Assembly: GCA_035654455.1 (NCBI GenBank)
Contig: DASRWT010000011.1
Coordinates: forward strand, 15,761-79,760
DNA: 64,000 bases
Source of the DNA: Candidatus Nitrosocosmicus sp.
Lineage (GTDB): Bacteria; Methylomirabilota; Methylomirabilia; Rokubacteriales; CSP1-6
Direction: 5' to 3'
Below are positions 29,371 through 39,496 of the stretch, piece by piece. Each line of letters opens with the position of its first letter. The stretch's first letter is position 1. The notes under the pieces are model-generated. The model was not told the DNA's origin and searched no databases. It saw nothing but the letters and a program-made list of their open reading frames with translations. The translations under genes and the position numbers were made by a program.

Positions 29371-30259
29371 GCCCCTCGCCGACCGCGCGCTGCCCCTGCC
29401 GGACGTCGCGGCGCGGCCGGACCCGGCGGCGCGCGGGCGCCGCCTGCCGGTGGTGTCGCTCGGGATCATCACGATCTTCGTGCTGGTGGCGATCCTGGCG
29501 CCCCTGCTCAGTCCCGGCGATCCGGGGGAGCAGTCGCTGCGGAACCGTTTCAAGCCGCCGGTGTGGATGGAAGGCGGGTCGTCCCGGCACCTCCTGGGCA
29601 CGGATCGGCTGGGGCGAGACATGCTCTCACGCATCGTCTGGGGCTCGCGCGTGTCCCTGACCGCGGGCGTGGTCACGGTGCTCCTGGCCAGCGCCTTCGG
29701 GGCCGCGGTGGGGCTGGTGGCCGGCTATCACGGCGGAACGGTGGACGCGGTGCTGATGCGCGTCACCGACGCGACGATGTCGTTCCCGGTGATCCTCCTC
29801 GCGCTGATCCTCGCGGTGACGGTGGGGCCGAGCTTCACCAATGTGGTGGTGGCGATCGCGGTGATCCTCTGGGCCCGGTACGCGCGCGTGATCCGGGGCC
29901 AGGTGCTGACCCTCATGGGCCTCGACTTCATCGCCCAGGCCCGCATCGCGGGGGCGGGCGCCTGGCGCATCATCACCCGCCACCTCTTCCCCAACACGCT
30001 CAATACCCTGGTGGTGCTGGTGACGCTCCAGATCGGCTACGTGATCATCGTGGAGGCGTCGCTGTCCTTCCTCGGCGCCGGCATCCCTCCGCCCACGCCG
30101 GCCTGGGGCTCCATGATCTCCGAGGGGCGCGAGTTCGTGACGAGCGCCTGGTGGGTGTCCGGCCTCCCAGGCCTCGCCATACTGCTGGTGGTCCTCGCCT
30201 TCAACCTGCTGGGAGACTGGCTGCGCGACACGCTGGATCCGAAGCTTCGCCAGCTCTGA
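29360..30259 (+). CDS. ABC transporter permease, DppC/OppC type
   Basis: Polytopic permease; 11-nt overlap with the previous gene; family-typical N-terminal periplasmic extension. Confidence 0.85.
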   Translation: MPAEPLADRALPLPDVAARPDPAARGRRLPVVSLGIITIFVLVAILAPLLSPGDPGEQSLRNRFKPPVWMEGGSSRHLLGTDRLGRDMLSRIVWGSRVSLTAGVVTVLLASAFGAAVGLVAGYHGGTVDAVLMRVTDATMSFPVILLALILAVTVGPSFTNVVVAIAVILWARYARVIRGQVLTLMGLDFIAQARIAGAGAWRIITRHLFPNTLNTLVVLVTLQIGYVIIVEASLSFLGAGIPPPTPAWGSMISEGREFVTSAWWVSGLPGLAILLVVLAFNLLGDWLRDTLDPKLRQL

Positions 30260-30273
30260 GCGCGTCGCCGCCC

Positions 30274-31250
<977 letters not shown>

Positions 31251-31254
<4 letters not shown>

Positions 31255-32222
31255 TGAGCCCCGCCGCCCCGCTCCTCGAAGCCTCCGGCCTGGTGAAGCA
31301 TTTCTCCGTGCGGCGCGGCCTCATGGGCTGGTCCACCGCGGTGGTGCGCGCGGTGGACTCCGTCTCCTTCACGATCGGGTCGGGGACCACGCTCGGGCTG
31401 GTGGGCGAGTCGGGCTGCGGCAAGACCACCACCTCCAAGATGGTGCTCGGGCTGGAGCGGCCCACCGCCGGCGTCATCCGCTTCGAGGGCGCCGACGTCT
31501 CCAGCCTCGACAGCGCCGGGCTCCGGCGCTACCGGCAATCAGTCCAGGCGGTGTTCCAGGATCCCTATGCCTCGCTGGACCCGCGCATGCGCGTGGGGAA
31601 GATCATCGCGGAGCCGCTGGTGATCAACGAGCGGCGCGGGGCGGCCGAGCGCCGCCGGCGCGTGCAGGAGCTCCTGGATCTAGTGGCGCTGCCCGAGCGC
31701 TCGGGGGTGCTCTACCCGCACGAGTTCTCGGGCGGGCAGCGCCAGCGCATCGCCATCGCCCGCGCGCTCGCCCTGTCCCCGCGCCTCATCGTGCTGGACG
31801 AGCCGGTGTCCGCGCTCGACGTGTCGATTCGCGCGCAGATTCTCAACCTGCTGCGGGACATCCAGAAGCGGCTGGGGGTGGCGTATCTCTTCATCGCCCA
31901 CGACCTCGCCGCGGTGGCCCACATGAGCCACACCATCGCGGTGATGTATCTGGGCAAGATCGTGGAGATGGGGGACGCGGCGGCGGTCGCGATGGCGCCC
32001 CAGCACCCCTACACGCGGGCACTCTTCGCGGCGGCGCTGCCCATCGATCTGGATCGGCCGCGGGAGATCACGCTGGCGGGGGAGGTGCCGAGCCCGATGG
32101 CGCCCCCGGGGGGCTGCCGCTTTCACCCGCGCTGCCCGCTCGCCATGCCCCGATGCGCGACCGAGGAGCCTCTGCTCCAGACGGCGAGTGGCCGGCTCGT
32201 CGCCTGCCATCTATTCGACTAG
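31251..32222 (+). CDS. ABC transporter ATP-binding protein, DppF/OppF type
   Basis: ATGA overlap with previous gene; GESGCGKTT, FSGGQRQRIAIARAL, LIVLDEPVSALD. Confidence 0.85.
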
Positions 32223-32229
32223 GGCCCGA

Positions 32230-33171
32230 CTAGAGCTCGACCCGCGGCACGCGGCTGGACTCGAGCGCGGCCTTCATGGTGGCGATCTCATCATCCGAGG
32301 GCGGCAGCACCGGCGGCCGCACCAGGGCGCTCCGGAAGAGCCCGCGCATGGCCATGCCCACCTTCATTCGCGCGTGCGCGTCGCCCGACGGCTCGCCGGC
32401 CCCGTACACCGCTTCCTTGACGGGCCAGATGAGATCGTTGAGCTCGCGCGCCCGCGTCAGGTCATCCGCCTGCATGGCCTCGAGGAGCGCGTTCGTGAGC
32501 TCCGGGATGAGGCTCGCGCAGCCCACCAGCGTGCCGTCCAGCCGGTGCACGAAGGTGGGGAAGAGGTACTCGTCCATGCAGTTCAGCAGCGAGACATGGG
32601 GCGCCTCGGCGCGGAGCGCGCGGATGTCGCGCTCGTACTTGCCGAGGTCGCGCTCGCCCATCTTGAAGCCCTTGACCTGGGGCAGGCCCGCCAGCCGTGT
32701 CATCAGCCTGGTGGAGTACGACACCTTGGTGTTCGCCGGATACACGTGGACGATGATGTCCAGCCCGCTCTCCGCGCCGATGGCCTTGAAGTACTCGTAC
32801 ACCGCGTCTTCCTTCACCCCGAAGCGCAGCCACATGTGACACGGCATCACGTCCACGGTGTCGGCGCCGGCATGGGCGGCCGCCTTGGCATGCGCGATGG
32901 CCTCGAAGGTGCCCTCCGAGCACACCGCGGACACCACGCGCACCCGGCCTCGCACCGCCTCGGCGACCACCCGGGTGACCTCGGCCCGCTCCTCGGGCAG
33001 CAGCGACCCGACCTCGCCGGTATGGCCATTTGTCATGACCGCGGTCACACCGGCGCAGCCGGCCAGCCAGCGGGCGAAGCGGGCCAGCCCGTCGCCGTCC
33101 AGCTTGTAGTCGTCGCGAAACGGGATGGCCATCGCGGGAATGACGCCACGGAACGCTCGGTCGCCGGTCAT
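32230..33171 (-). CDS. dihydrodipicolinate synthase/N-acetylneuraminate lyase (DapA) family Schiff-base lyase
   Basis: Family-typical AIPFRDD...DGL N-terminus; GEVGSL motif; conserved Lys region VKGFK; 313 aa from internal ATG. Confidence 0.8.
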   Translation of the reverse strand: MTGDRAFRGVIPAMAIPFRDDYKLDGDGLARFARWLAGCAGVTAVMTNGHTGEVGSLLPEERAEVTRVVAEAVRGRVRVVSAVCSEGTFEAIAHAKAAAHAGADTVDVMPCHMWLRFGVKEDAVYEYFKAIGAESGLDIIVHVYPANTKVSYSTRLMTRLAGLPQVKGFKMGERDLGKYERDIRALRAEAPHVSLLNCMDEYLFPTFVHRLDGTLVGCASLIPELTNALLEAMQADDLTRARELNDLIWPVKEAVYGAGEPSGDAHARMKVGMAMRGLFRSALVRPPVLPPSDDEIATMKAALESSRVPRVEL

Positions 33172-33401
33172 GAATGAGTCCCCCCGCCGTGACCCTACCC
33201 GACTATCCGGCGCGGGGTCAATGCGTTCACCGGCGCGATCGGGCATCCGGTCAGGCTCCCAACATTTCTCGGGCGCCAACCCTGCGAAGCGGTGGTACAG
33301 TGACTGGGCTCACGTCGCTAAGTCCTCATCGTGTCGTCGTTCTTCCGGCGCGTTCGAGTGGCACGACATCCGCATATCACTCGAACCATGGGAGATCCGA
33401 C

Positions 33402-33584
33402 ATGACCTCGACCGAGCTGGCGTCCTACGTGCTGTTGCTCTCGCTTCCCTTGTGGCTGCTCGTGGAGCAGCTGATTCACCTGCGGACCGGGTACCGGAAG
33501 GGCCGGCGTGACCCCGCCGGACGGCCCGCTGGACAGGTCCCGTCACCCTCCCTGTCCGAGGCTTTGCGCTCCGGCCAAAAATGA
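33402..33584 (+). CDS. possible small membrane protein (60 aa), hypothetical
   Basis: GGGAG RBS 9 nt upstream; one hydrophobic helix LASYVLLLSLPLWLLVEQLI; GC3-rich codon usage; lies in the 510-bp divergent intergenic region. Confidence 0.25.
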   Translation: MTSTELASYVLLLSLPLWLLVEQLIHLRTGYRKGRRDPAGRPAGQVPSPSLSEALRSGQK

Positions 33585-33682
33585 TATGGTGTGGCCCTCC
33601 CCGCGGCGCCGCGACCATGTGGCCGCCGCCGCGGAGCTTCCTGCGTCATCACGTCTGAGACGCCGACAGGAGGAGCGCCGCA

Positions 33683-34864
33683 ATGGACCTGAGCTATAAC
33701 GCCGAGGAGCTGGCCTTCCGCGACGAGGTGCGGGGCTGGCTGCGCAGCAATCTCCCCGCCGAGCTCCGCCAGAAGGTGGAAAGCTACCAGGAGCTCTCCA
33801 AGGACGATCTCCTCCGCTGGCATCGCATCCTCGCCGACAAGGGCTGGGTGGCGCCCGACTGGCCGAAGGAGTGGGGCGGCACCGACTGGACGGTGACCCA
33901 GCGCTACATCTTCGAGGAGGAGTGCGGCTTCGCGGCCACTCCGCCCCTGGTGGCGTTTTCCCTGCGCATGTGCGCGCCCGTGCTGCTGCGCTTCGGCACC
34001 GACGCGCAGAAGCAGAAGTTCCTGCCCCGCATCTACAAGGGGGAGGATTTCTGGTGCCAGGGCTATTCCGAGCCCGGCTCCGGCTCGGATCTCGCCTCGC
34101 TCAAGACCAAGGCGGTGAAGCAGGACGGCCACTATGTGGTCACGGGCCAGAAGATCTGGACCACGCTCGCGCACTACGCCGACTGGATCTTCTGTCTGGT
34201 GCGCACGGATGGCTCCAAGGAGAAGCGCCAGGACGGCATCTCCTTCCTGCTCATCGACATGAAGACGCCCGGCATCACGGTGAGGCCGATCATCTTGATG
34301 GACGGCGGGCACGAGACCAACGAGGTGTTCTTCGACGACGTGAAGGTGCCGGTCGAGAACCTCGTCCACGAAGAAGGCAAGGGCTGGACGGTGGCCAAGT
34401 ATCTCCTCGGCTACGAGCGCATGGGCACCGGCCGCATCGGGGCCTCCAAGCGCGAGCTGGCGCGGCTCAAGGAGCTGGCCGCGCACCACACCAAGAACGG
34501 CAAACCCATCCTCGACGACCCGCGCTTCCGCGACCGCCTCACCCGCGTGGAAGTGGAGCTGATGGCGCTGGAGATCACCAACCTGCGCTTCCTGGACCAG
34601 ATGCGCCGGAGCGGCAAGCCTCCGGGCGCGGACGTCTCCATGCTCAAGATCAAGGGCACCGAGATCCAGCAGGCCATCACCGAGCTCATGATGCAGGCGG
34701 CGGGCCCGCTCGCCCAGGCCTACCGTCCGGTGGACGCCATGGACTTCGACCACTTCACCGCGCGGCTGGCCCCGCGCTACTGCAATATGCGCAAGGCGAC
34801 GATCTACGCCGGGTCCAATGAGATCCAGCGAAACATCATCGCGAAGGCCACGCTGGGGCTATGA
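33683..34864 (+). CDS. acyl-CoA dehydrogenase family protein (large-subunit-like, PimC-type)
   Basis: AGGAGGA RBS; ACAD N-terminal, middle beta-barrel (GQKIWTT, CQGYSEPGSGSD) and C-terminal domains; 393 aa. Confidence 0.9.
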   Translation: MDLSYNAEELAFRDEVRGWLRSNLPAELRQKVESYQELSKDDLLRWHRILADKGWVAPDWPKEWGGTDWTVTQRYIFEEECGFAATPPLVAFSLRMCAPVLLRFGTDAQKQKFLPRIYKGEDFWCQGYSEPGSGSDLASLKTKAVKQDGHYVVTGQKIWTTLAHYADWIFCLVRTDGSKEKRQDGISFLLIDMKTPGITVRPIILMDGGHETNEVFFDDVKVPVENLVHEEGKGWTVAKYLLGYERMGTGRIGASKRELARLKELAAHHTKNGKPILDDPRFRDRLTRVEVELMALEITNLRFLDQMRRSGKPPGADVSMLKIKGTEIQQAITELMMQAAGPLAQAYRPVDAMDFDHFTARLAPRYCNMRKATIYAGSNEIQRNIIAKATLGL

Positions 34865-36009
34865 ACTTCGAGCTCAGCGACGAGCAGCAGCTGCTGGCCG
34901 ACAGCCTCCGGAAGTATCTCGCCAACGACTATTCCTTCGACGCCCGCGCCCAGATCGTCGCCTCCTCTACTGGATATAGCGAGAAGACGTGGGCCGCCTT
35001 CGCGGAGATGGGGCTGCTGGGGATTCCCTTCGCCGAGGAGCACGGCGGCTTCGGCGGCAACGCGGTGGACCTCATGTCCGTGATGGAGGTCATGGGCGAG
35101 TCGCTGGTGGTCGAGCCCTACTGGACCAATGTCGGCGTGGCGGGGCGGCTCATCGCCACCGGCGGCTCGGAGGCGCAGCGCAAGCGCATCCTGCCCGCGC
35201 TCATCCAGGGCAAGCAGCGGCTGGCCTTTGCCCACACCGAGGCCGCCAGCCGCTACGACCTCCGCTCCGTGGGCGCGCGGGCCAAGCGATCCGCCGGGGG
35301 CTTCATTCTAGAAGGAGAGAAGCGGGCGGTGCTGCACGCCGCCGCCGCGGATACCCTCATCGTCTCCGCGCGGACGTCGGGCGCGGACGGAGACCCCAGC
35401 GGCATCAGCCTGTTCCTGATCGATCGCGGCGCGCGCGGGGTGACGCTCAAGGAGTACCGGACCATCGACGAGCTGCGGGCAGCGGATCTCTGGCTCAACG
35501 ACGTGAGCGTGCCCGCCGACGCCCTGCTGGGCGGGGAGGGTCAGGCCCTCGGCCTCATCGAGGACGTGGCCGACTATGCCACCGCGCTCCTCTGCGCGGA
35601 GGCGGTGGGCGGCATCCGCTACGCCAACGACACCACGCTGGAGTATCTCAAGACCCGGCGCCAGTTCGGCGTGCCCATCGGCACCTTCCAGGCCCTGCAG
35701 CACCGCATGGTGGAGATGGTAATCAGCTACGAGCAAGCCCGCTCCATGGCCTGTCTCGCCTGCGTGAAGGTGGAGGCGGCCGGCGGCGCCGAGCGGCGGC
35801 GCGTCATCTCGGCGGCGAAGATCAAGGTGGCCGACGCCTGCCGTCACGTGAGCCAGGAGTCGGTGCAGATGCACGGCGGCATGGGCATGACCGAGGAGCT
35901 CAAGGTCAGCCACACCTTTCGCCGGCTCACCATGATCGCCCAGACTTTCGGCGACGCCGAGCATCATCTGGAGCGCTTCGCCGCCGCCGATGCGGCCGCC
36001 ACTGCGTAG
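34861..36009 (+). CDS. acyl-CoA dehydrogenase family protein (small-subunit-like, PimD-type)
   Basis: ATGA overlap; ACAD fold (QMHGGMGMTEE); 382 aa. Confidence 0.9.
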   Translation: MNFELSDEQQLLADSLRKYLANDYSFDARAQIVASSTGYSEKTWAAFAEMGLLGIPFAEEHGGFGGNAVDLMSVMEVMGESLVVEPYWTNVGVAGRLIATGGSEAQRKRILPALIQGKQRLAFAHTEAASRYDLRSVGARAKRSAGGFILEGEKRAVLHAAAADTLIVSARTSGADGDPSGISLFLIDRGARGVTLKEYRTIDELRAADLWLNDVSVPADALLGGEGQALGLIEDVADYATALLCAEAVGGIRYANDTTLEYLKTRRQFGVPIGTFQALQHRMVEMVISYEQARSMACLACVKVEAAGGAERRRVISAAKIKVADACRHVSQESVQMHGGMGMTEELKVSHTFRRLTMIAQTFGDAEHHLERFAAADAAATA

Positions 36010-36033
36010 GCCGACCCGAGGCCAGGAATAGCG

Positions 36034-36063
36034 GGGGGCGCCGGGGGACGCGCCGGCGCCCCC
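36034..36063. terminator. GC-rich hairpin (11-bp perfect stem GGGGGCGCCGG / CCGGCGCCCCC, 8-nt loop); candidate bidirectional terminator
   Basis: Exact reverse-complement arms read from sequence; sits between the convergent ACAD gene (+) and the lysine-rich mini-ORF (-). Confidence 0.45.
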
Positions 36064-36070
36064 GGGCGCT

Positions 36071-36133
36071 CTACTTCTTCTTCTCCTTCTTCGGCTTCTT
36101 CTTCTCCTTCCGCATTCCCATGCCCTTGGCCAT
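36071..36133 (-). CDS. 20-aa lysine-rich mini-ORF MAKGMGMRKEKKKPKKEKKK (hypothetical)
   Basis: GGGGGTGAG RBS-like sequence 5 nt upstream of ATG; all 11 Lys are AAG and both Glu are GAG (high-GC-preferred codons); followed by the GC hairpin; strongly purine/pyrimidine-skewed tract in a 70% GC genome. Confidence 0.3.
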   Translation of the reverse strand: MAKGMGMRKEKKKPKKEKKK

Positions 36134-36273
36134 GGTCTCACCCCCTCTCTCGCGCGCCGCGCGCCGTCTTGCCCGGATTATAGGACGCGATCCCATGCCT
36201 TGACCAAGAAGTGATGGCGGTGACATCATCCCGCCACCCTCGTATGCGACATGTCCCCGAAAAGGAGCCCACC

Positions 36274-37317
36274 ATGATCGCGAGAATCGGACTCGGCCTC
36301 CTCCTCCCCCTCCTGCTGCTCGCCGCGAGCCCGGACGCGTCCGCTCAGGCGGTGCCGGAGGCGCGGCTCAAGGCCATCTACGCGATGTCGCCGGAGGACA
36401 TGGCGGCGACGGGCGCGTGGACCCGATCGGCCTATGACCGGCTCCTGGCCCACATCAATGGCATCAAGGACAAGGCCACCCGAGACCTGGTGCTGGACAT
36501 GGTGCTCCGTCCCGAGGCCAAGGTGTTCAAGGCCAAGGCCACCCAGTCCTACCTTGCATCCCCGGCGGCGGGGGGCAAGGGCCATCACTACTATCCCGGC
36601 GGGTTGCCCGTACACGCGCTCGAGTGGGTGGACGTGGCCATGGCCTGGGCGGACGCCTACGAGAAGATCTACAAGGTGAAGAAGATCGACCGCGACATGG
36701 TGATCGCGGCCCTGGTGCTCCACGACTGGGCCAAGGTCTGGTACGAGTGGGACCCCAAGACGGGCAAGGTGGTCAAGCCCGCGTGGTACCCGCAGTCCTG
36801 GGGCGGTGAGCAGGGGAAGGCGAAGTGGAAATGGATGGGCGAGCACGGCGCGGTGGTCTATGCGGAGCTGTACCACCGCGGGGCTCCCGAGGGTCTCATC
36901 GTGGCCACCGCCGCCTCGCACTTCGATCCCCACTGGGATCTGGACAAGGACGGTGAGGGGCTCAACCCGGCGCTGGCGGAGGCGGCCAAGATCGCGGGCA
37001 AGCCGGCCATCGTGGTGCAGCCGCGGCGGCAGATGGCCGAGTGGTGGTTCTCCACCTATACCGACGGGTCATGGTCCTACTCGCACTACATCGCGGGCTT
37101 CACCGCGCTGGAGGCGGTGGAGGCCGTGGCCAAGGACCTGGGCGTGGCGCCCGGCTCGCTGGAAGCCAACAAGCTCGCCTGGTTCGTTCTGAGCCGCGTG
37201 TCCGACTACCGCATCTACGAGGTGTACCAGCAGGCCGGCTTCAAGATGGACGCCGCCAAAGACCTCGTCGTGTCCATCTTGAAAGACTCCGCGCCCTACG
37301 AGGTGCCGAAGCGATAA
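36274..37317 (+). CDS. secreted protein with HD-domain-like metal-binding motifs (H...HD...D)
   Basis: AAAGGAG RBS; signal peptide MIARIGLGLLLPLLLLAASPDASAQA; motifs PVHALEWVDVAMAWADAY and VIAALVLHDWAKVWYEWD. Confidence 0.6.
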   Translation: MIARIGLGLLLPLLLLAASPDASAQAVPEARLKAIYAMSPEDMAATGAWTRSAYDRLLAHINGIKDKATRDLVLDMVLRPEAKVFKAKATQSYLASPAAGGKGHHYYPGGLPVHALEWVDVAMAWADAYEKIYKVKKIDRDMVIAALVLHDWAKVWYEWDPKTGKVVKPAWYPQSWGGEQGKAKWKWMGEHGAVVYAELYHRGAPEGLIVATAASHFDPHWDLDKDGEGLNPALAEAAKIAGKPAIVVQPRRQMAEWWFSTYTDGSWSYSHYIAGFTALEAVEAVAKDLGVAPGSLEANKLAWFVLSRVSDYRIYEVYQQAGFKMDAAKDLVVSILKDSAPYEVPKR

Positions 37318-37355
37318 GGCCCCGGGCGCTGGCGCTCCTCGCCGCCGCCGAGGGC

Positions 37356-38819
37356 TTGCTGGTCGCGCGGGCGGCGGAGGCGCATGGCGCGGGCGAGCGG
37401 TACGATCTCCCGCTGCCCCTCGTCTACTTCGTGGCCGGCGCGGCCCTCACGGTGGCGCTGTCCTTCGCCGCCGCCGCGCTCGCCGCCCGCGCGGCGCCGC
37501 GGGCCACCGCGGGAGCCGGGCTCGATATTCCATTGGGCGGAGCGCTCGCGTGGTTGCGGGCGGCCGCCCGGCTGGTCGGGCTGACGCTCTTCGTCCTGGT
37601 AATCGGGGCGGGGCTCTTCGGCGACCCCCACCCCATGAAAAATCTCGCGCCCACCTTTGTCTGGATCATCTGGTGGGTAGGGCTCTCCCTCATCGCGGCC
37701 TGCCTGGGCAATATCTGGCCCGCGCTCGATCCCTGGCGCGCGCTCTTCGACGGGGCCGACGCGCTGGCGCGACGCCGGCGGGGCGGCCGTGGTCTCGCTC
37801 TCGGGCTGCCGTATCCGTCGCGAGTCGGTCTCTGGCCGGCGGCCGCGCTCCTGCTCCTCTTCGTCTGGCTCGAGGTCATCTTTCCCGATGCCTCGGTGCC
37901 GTCACGCATCGCCGGTCTTGCGCTCGCCTGGACGGGCGCGACGCTCGCGGGCATGGTGATCTTCGGCGCGGATACGTGGCAGCGAAACGCGGACGTCTTC
38001 GCCGTCTACTTCGCGACGCTGGGCCGCTTCGCGCCCCTGGCCGCGGGCCCCGATGGGCGCCGCGTGATCCTGCGGCCGCCGGGGCGCGGTCTGGTGGCGC
38101 CGGCGTCAGCGTCCCCGGCGCCGCTGCCCGCCGGTCTCGTCGGGTTCGTGGTCGCCATGCTGGCCACCGTGCTCTTCGACGGCTTGCTCGGCACCCGGGC
38201 ATGGCGGGGGTTGGACCGAGCGCTGAGCGGCGGGTTCGCCCGCGTGGGGGACCGTGAGGGCTATCTCCTGGCCACCGCCGGGCTCCTCGCGGTGTGGCTG
38301 GTGCTGCTCGGCGCCTATCTGGTCACCGCCTGGCTGACCGCGCGCCTTGCGGGGGCGGGCTCCGCCGCCACCACCGCGCGCCTCCTGGCGCCCAGCCTGG
38401 TTCCCATCGCCACCGCCTACCATGTCGCCCACAACATCTCCTACCTGCTGCTGCAGGGGCAGGAGCTGATCCCGCTCCTCTCCGATCCCCTCGGGCGCGG
38501 CTGGGACCTCCTGGGCACCGCCACGTGGAGTCCGGACGTGACGCTGGTGGGATCGCGCTTCGCCTGGTACGCCGCGGTGGGCGCCATCGTCACCGGGCAC
38601 GTCGTCTCGGTGTGGCTGGCCCACCGGATCGCCTTGCGCGAGTGGAGCCCCCCGCGGGTCGCGCTGCGCGCCTCGATGCCGCTCACCGCGCTGATGGTGG
38701 TCTACACGGCGCTGAGCCTCTGGGTGATCGCGGACCCGCTGGTGCGCTTCCGGGAGCCGGATCCGTCCTATTCCGGGCTCCGGATCGGGCCGGAGGTTAT
38801 GCCTCGTACTCTTGGGTGA
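37356..38819 (+). CDS. polytopic inner-membrane protein of unknown function (start uncertain)
   Basis: At least 8 predicted hydrophobic helices; ORF open from the upstream gene stop; TTG at 37356 assumed; internal ATG at MKNLAPTFVWII lies after the first two helices. Confidence 0.55.
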   Translation: MLVARAAEAHGAGERYDLPLPLVYFVAGAALTVALSFAAAALAARAAPRATAGAGLDIPLGGALAWLRAAARLVGLTLFVLVIGAGLFGDPHPMKNLAPTFVWIIWWVGLSLIAACLGNIWPALDPWRALFDGADALARRRRGGRGLALGLPYPSRVGLWPAAALLLLFVWLEVIFPDASVPSRIAGLALAWTGATLAGMVIFGADTWQRNADVFAVYFATLGRFAPLAAGPDGRRVILRPPGRGLVAPASASPAPLPAGLVGFVVAMLATVLFDGLLGTRAWRGLDRALSGGFARVGDREGYLLATAGLLAVWLVLLGAYLVTAWLTARLAGAGSAATTARLLAPSLVPIATAYHVAHNISYLLLQGQELIPLLSDPLGRGWDLLGTATWSPDVTLVGSRFAWYAAVGAIVTGHVVSVWLAHRIALREWSPPRVALRASMPLTALMVVYTALSLWVIADPLVRFREPDPSYSGLRIGPEVMPRTLG

Positions 38820-38985
38820 CCTCGACCTCGACGTCGCCCTCGTCGTCGAGGGTGAGCGTGATGAGGTTCGGGCGGCAGCACACCGTGCAATCCTCCGTGA
38901 ACGTCTGCCGGCGACCTCCGCTCGGGTCCACCGTCAGGTCGTTCTCCTCCCCGCAGAACGCGCAACCGTAGGTCACCTTTCGCAT
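38797..38985 (-). CDS. CPXCG-motif cysteine-rich small protein (62 aa)
   Basis: Two Cys pairs CAFCGEEN and CTVCCRPN; size and spacing typical of the CPXCG zinc-ribbon-like family. Confidence 0.6.
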   Translation of the reverse strand: MRKVTYGCAFCGEENDLTVDPSGGRRQTFTEDCTVCCRPNLITLTLDDEGDVEVEVTQEYEA

Positions 38986-39132
38986 CTTACGCGAAGCGGA
39001 TGTGTCATGATGACCCTGTCTGGACCGGCCGCCGGTTCCTCGTGGACCCCCCCTCCCCAGATCACGACTCCGAACCGTCTTCCGCGTTCCGGGGCGTGTC
39101 CCTCATCGCGGGAGATCGACCGGAGGCAAATC

Positions 39133-39474
39133 ATGGCTCACAAGCTCTTCATCGGAGGTCTCGCCTTTTCCACGTCCACGGACCGTTTGCGCGAATTGTT
39201 CGCCCAGGCGGGCGTGGTCGAGTCGGCGGCCGTCGTCACCGACCGTGACACCGGCAACTCGCGCGGCTTCGGCTTCGTCGAGATGGCGACGGCGGAAGAG
39301 GCGGCCGAGGCCGTCAAGCAGCTCAATGGCAAGGAAGTGGACGGCCGGACCCTGAAGGTCGAGATCGCCAACTCCACCGGCGCGGGCGGCGGCCGGAGCG
39401 GCGGCGGTGGGGGCGGTGGGTATCGCAGCCGCGGCGGGAGCGGCGGCAGCGGCAGCGGCGGCGGTCGCTGGTAG
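39133..39474 (+). CDS. RRM-domain RNA-binding protein with Gly/Arg/Ser-rich tail
   Basis: GGAGG RBS; RNP-2 KLFIGGL and RNP-1 RGFGFVEM; C-terminal GGGRSGGGGGGGYRSRGGSGGSGSGGG. Confidence 0.85.
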   Translation: MAHKLFIGGLAFSTSTDRLRELFAQAGVVESAAVVTDRDTGNSRGFGFVEMATAEEAAEAVKQLNGKEVDGRTLKVEIANSTGAGGGRSGGGGGGGYRSRGGSGGSGSGGGRW

Positions 39475-39496
39475 GTCGTCTGCCTCGCCCTCCGAG

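Noticed and set aside
39400-39475. GGC/GGT-rich repeat tract that could be mistaken for a repeat element
   Set aside because: It encodes the Gly/Ser/Arg tail of the RRM protein in frame.
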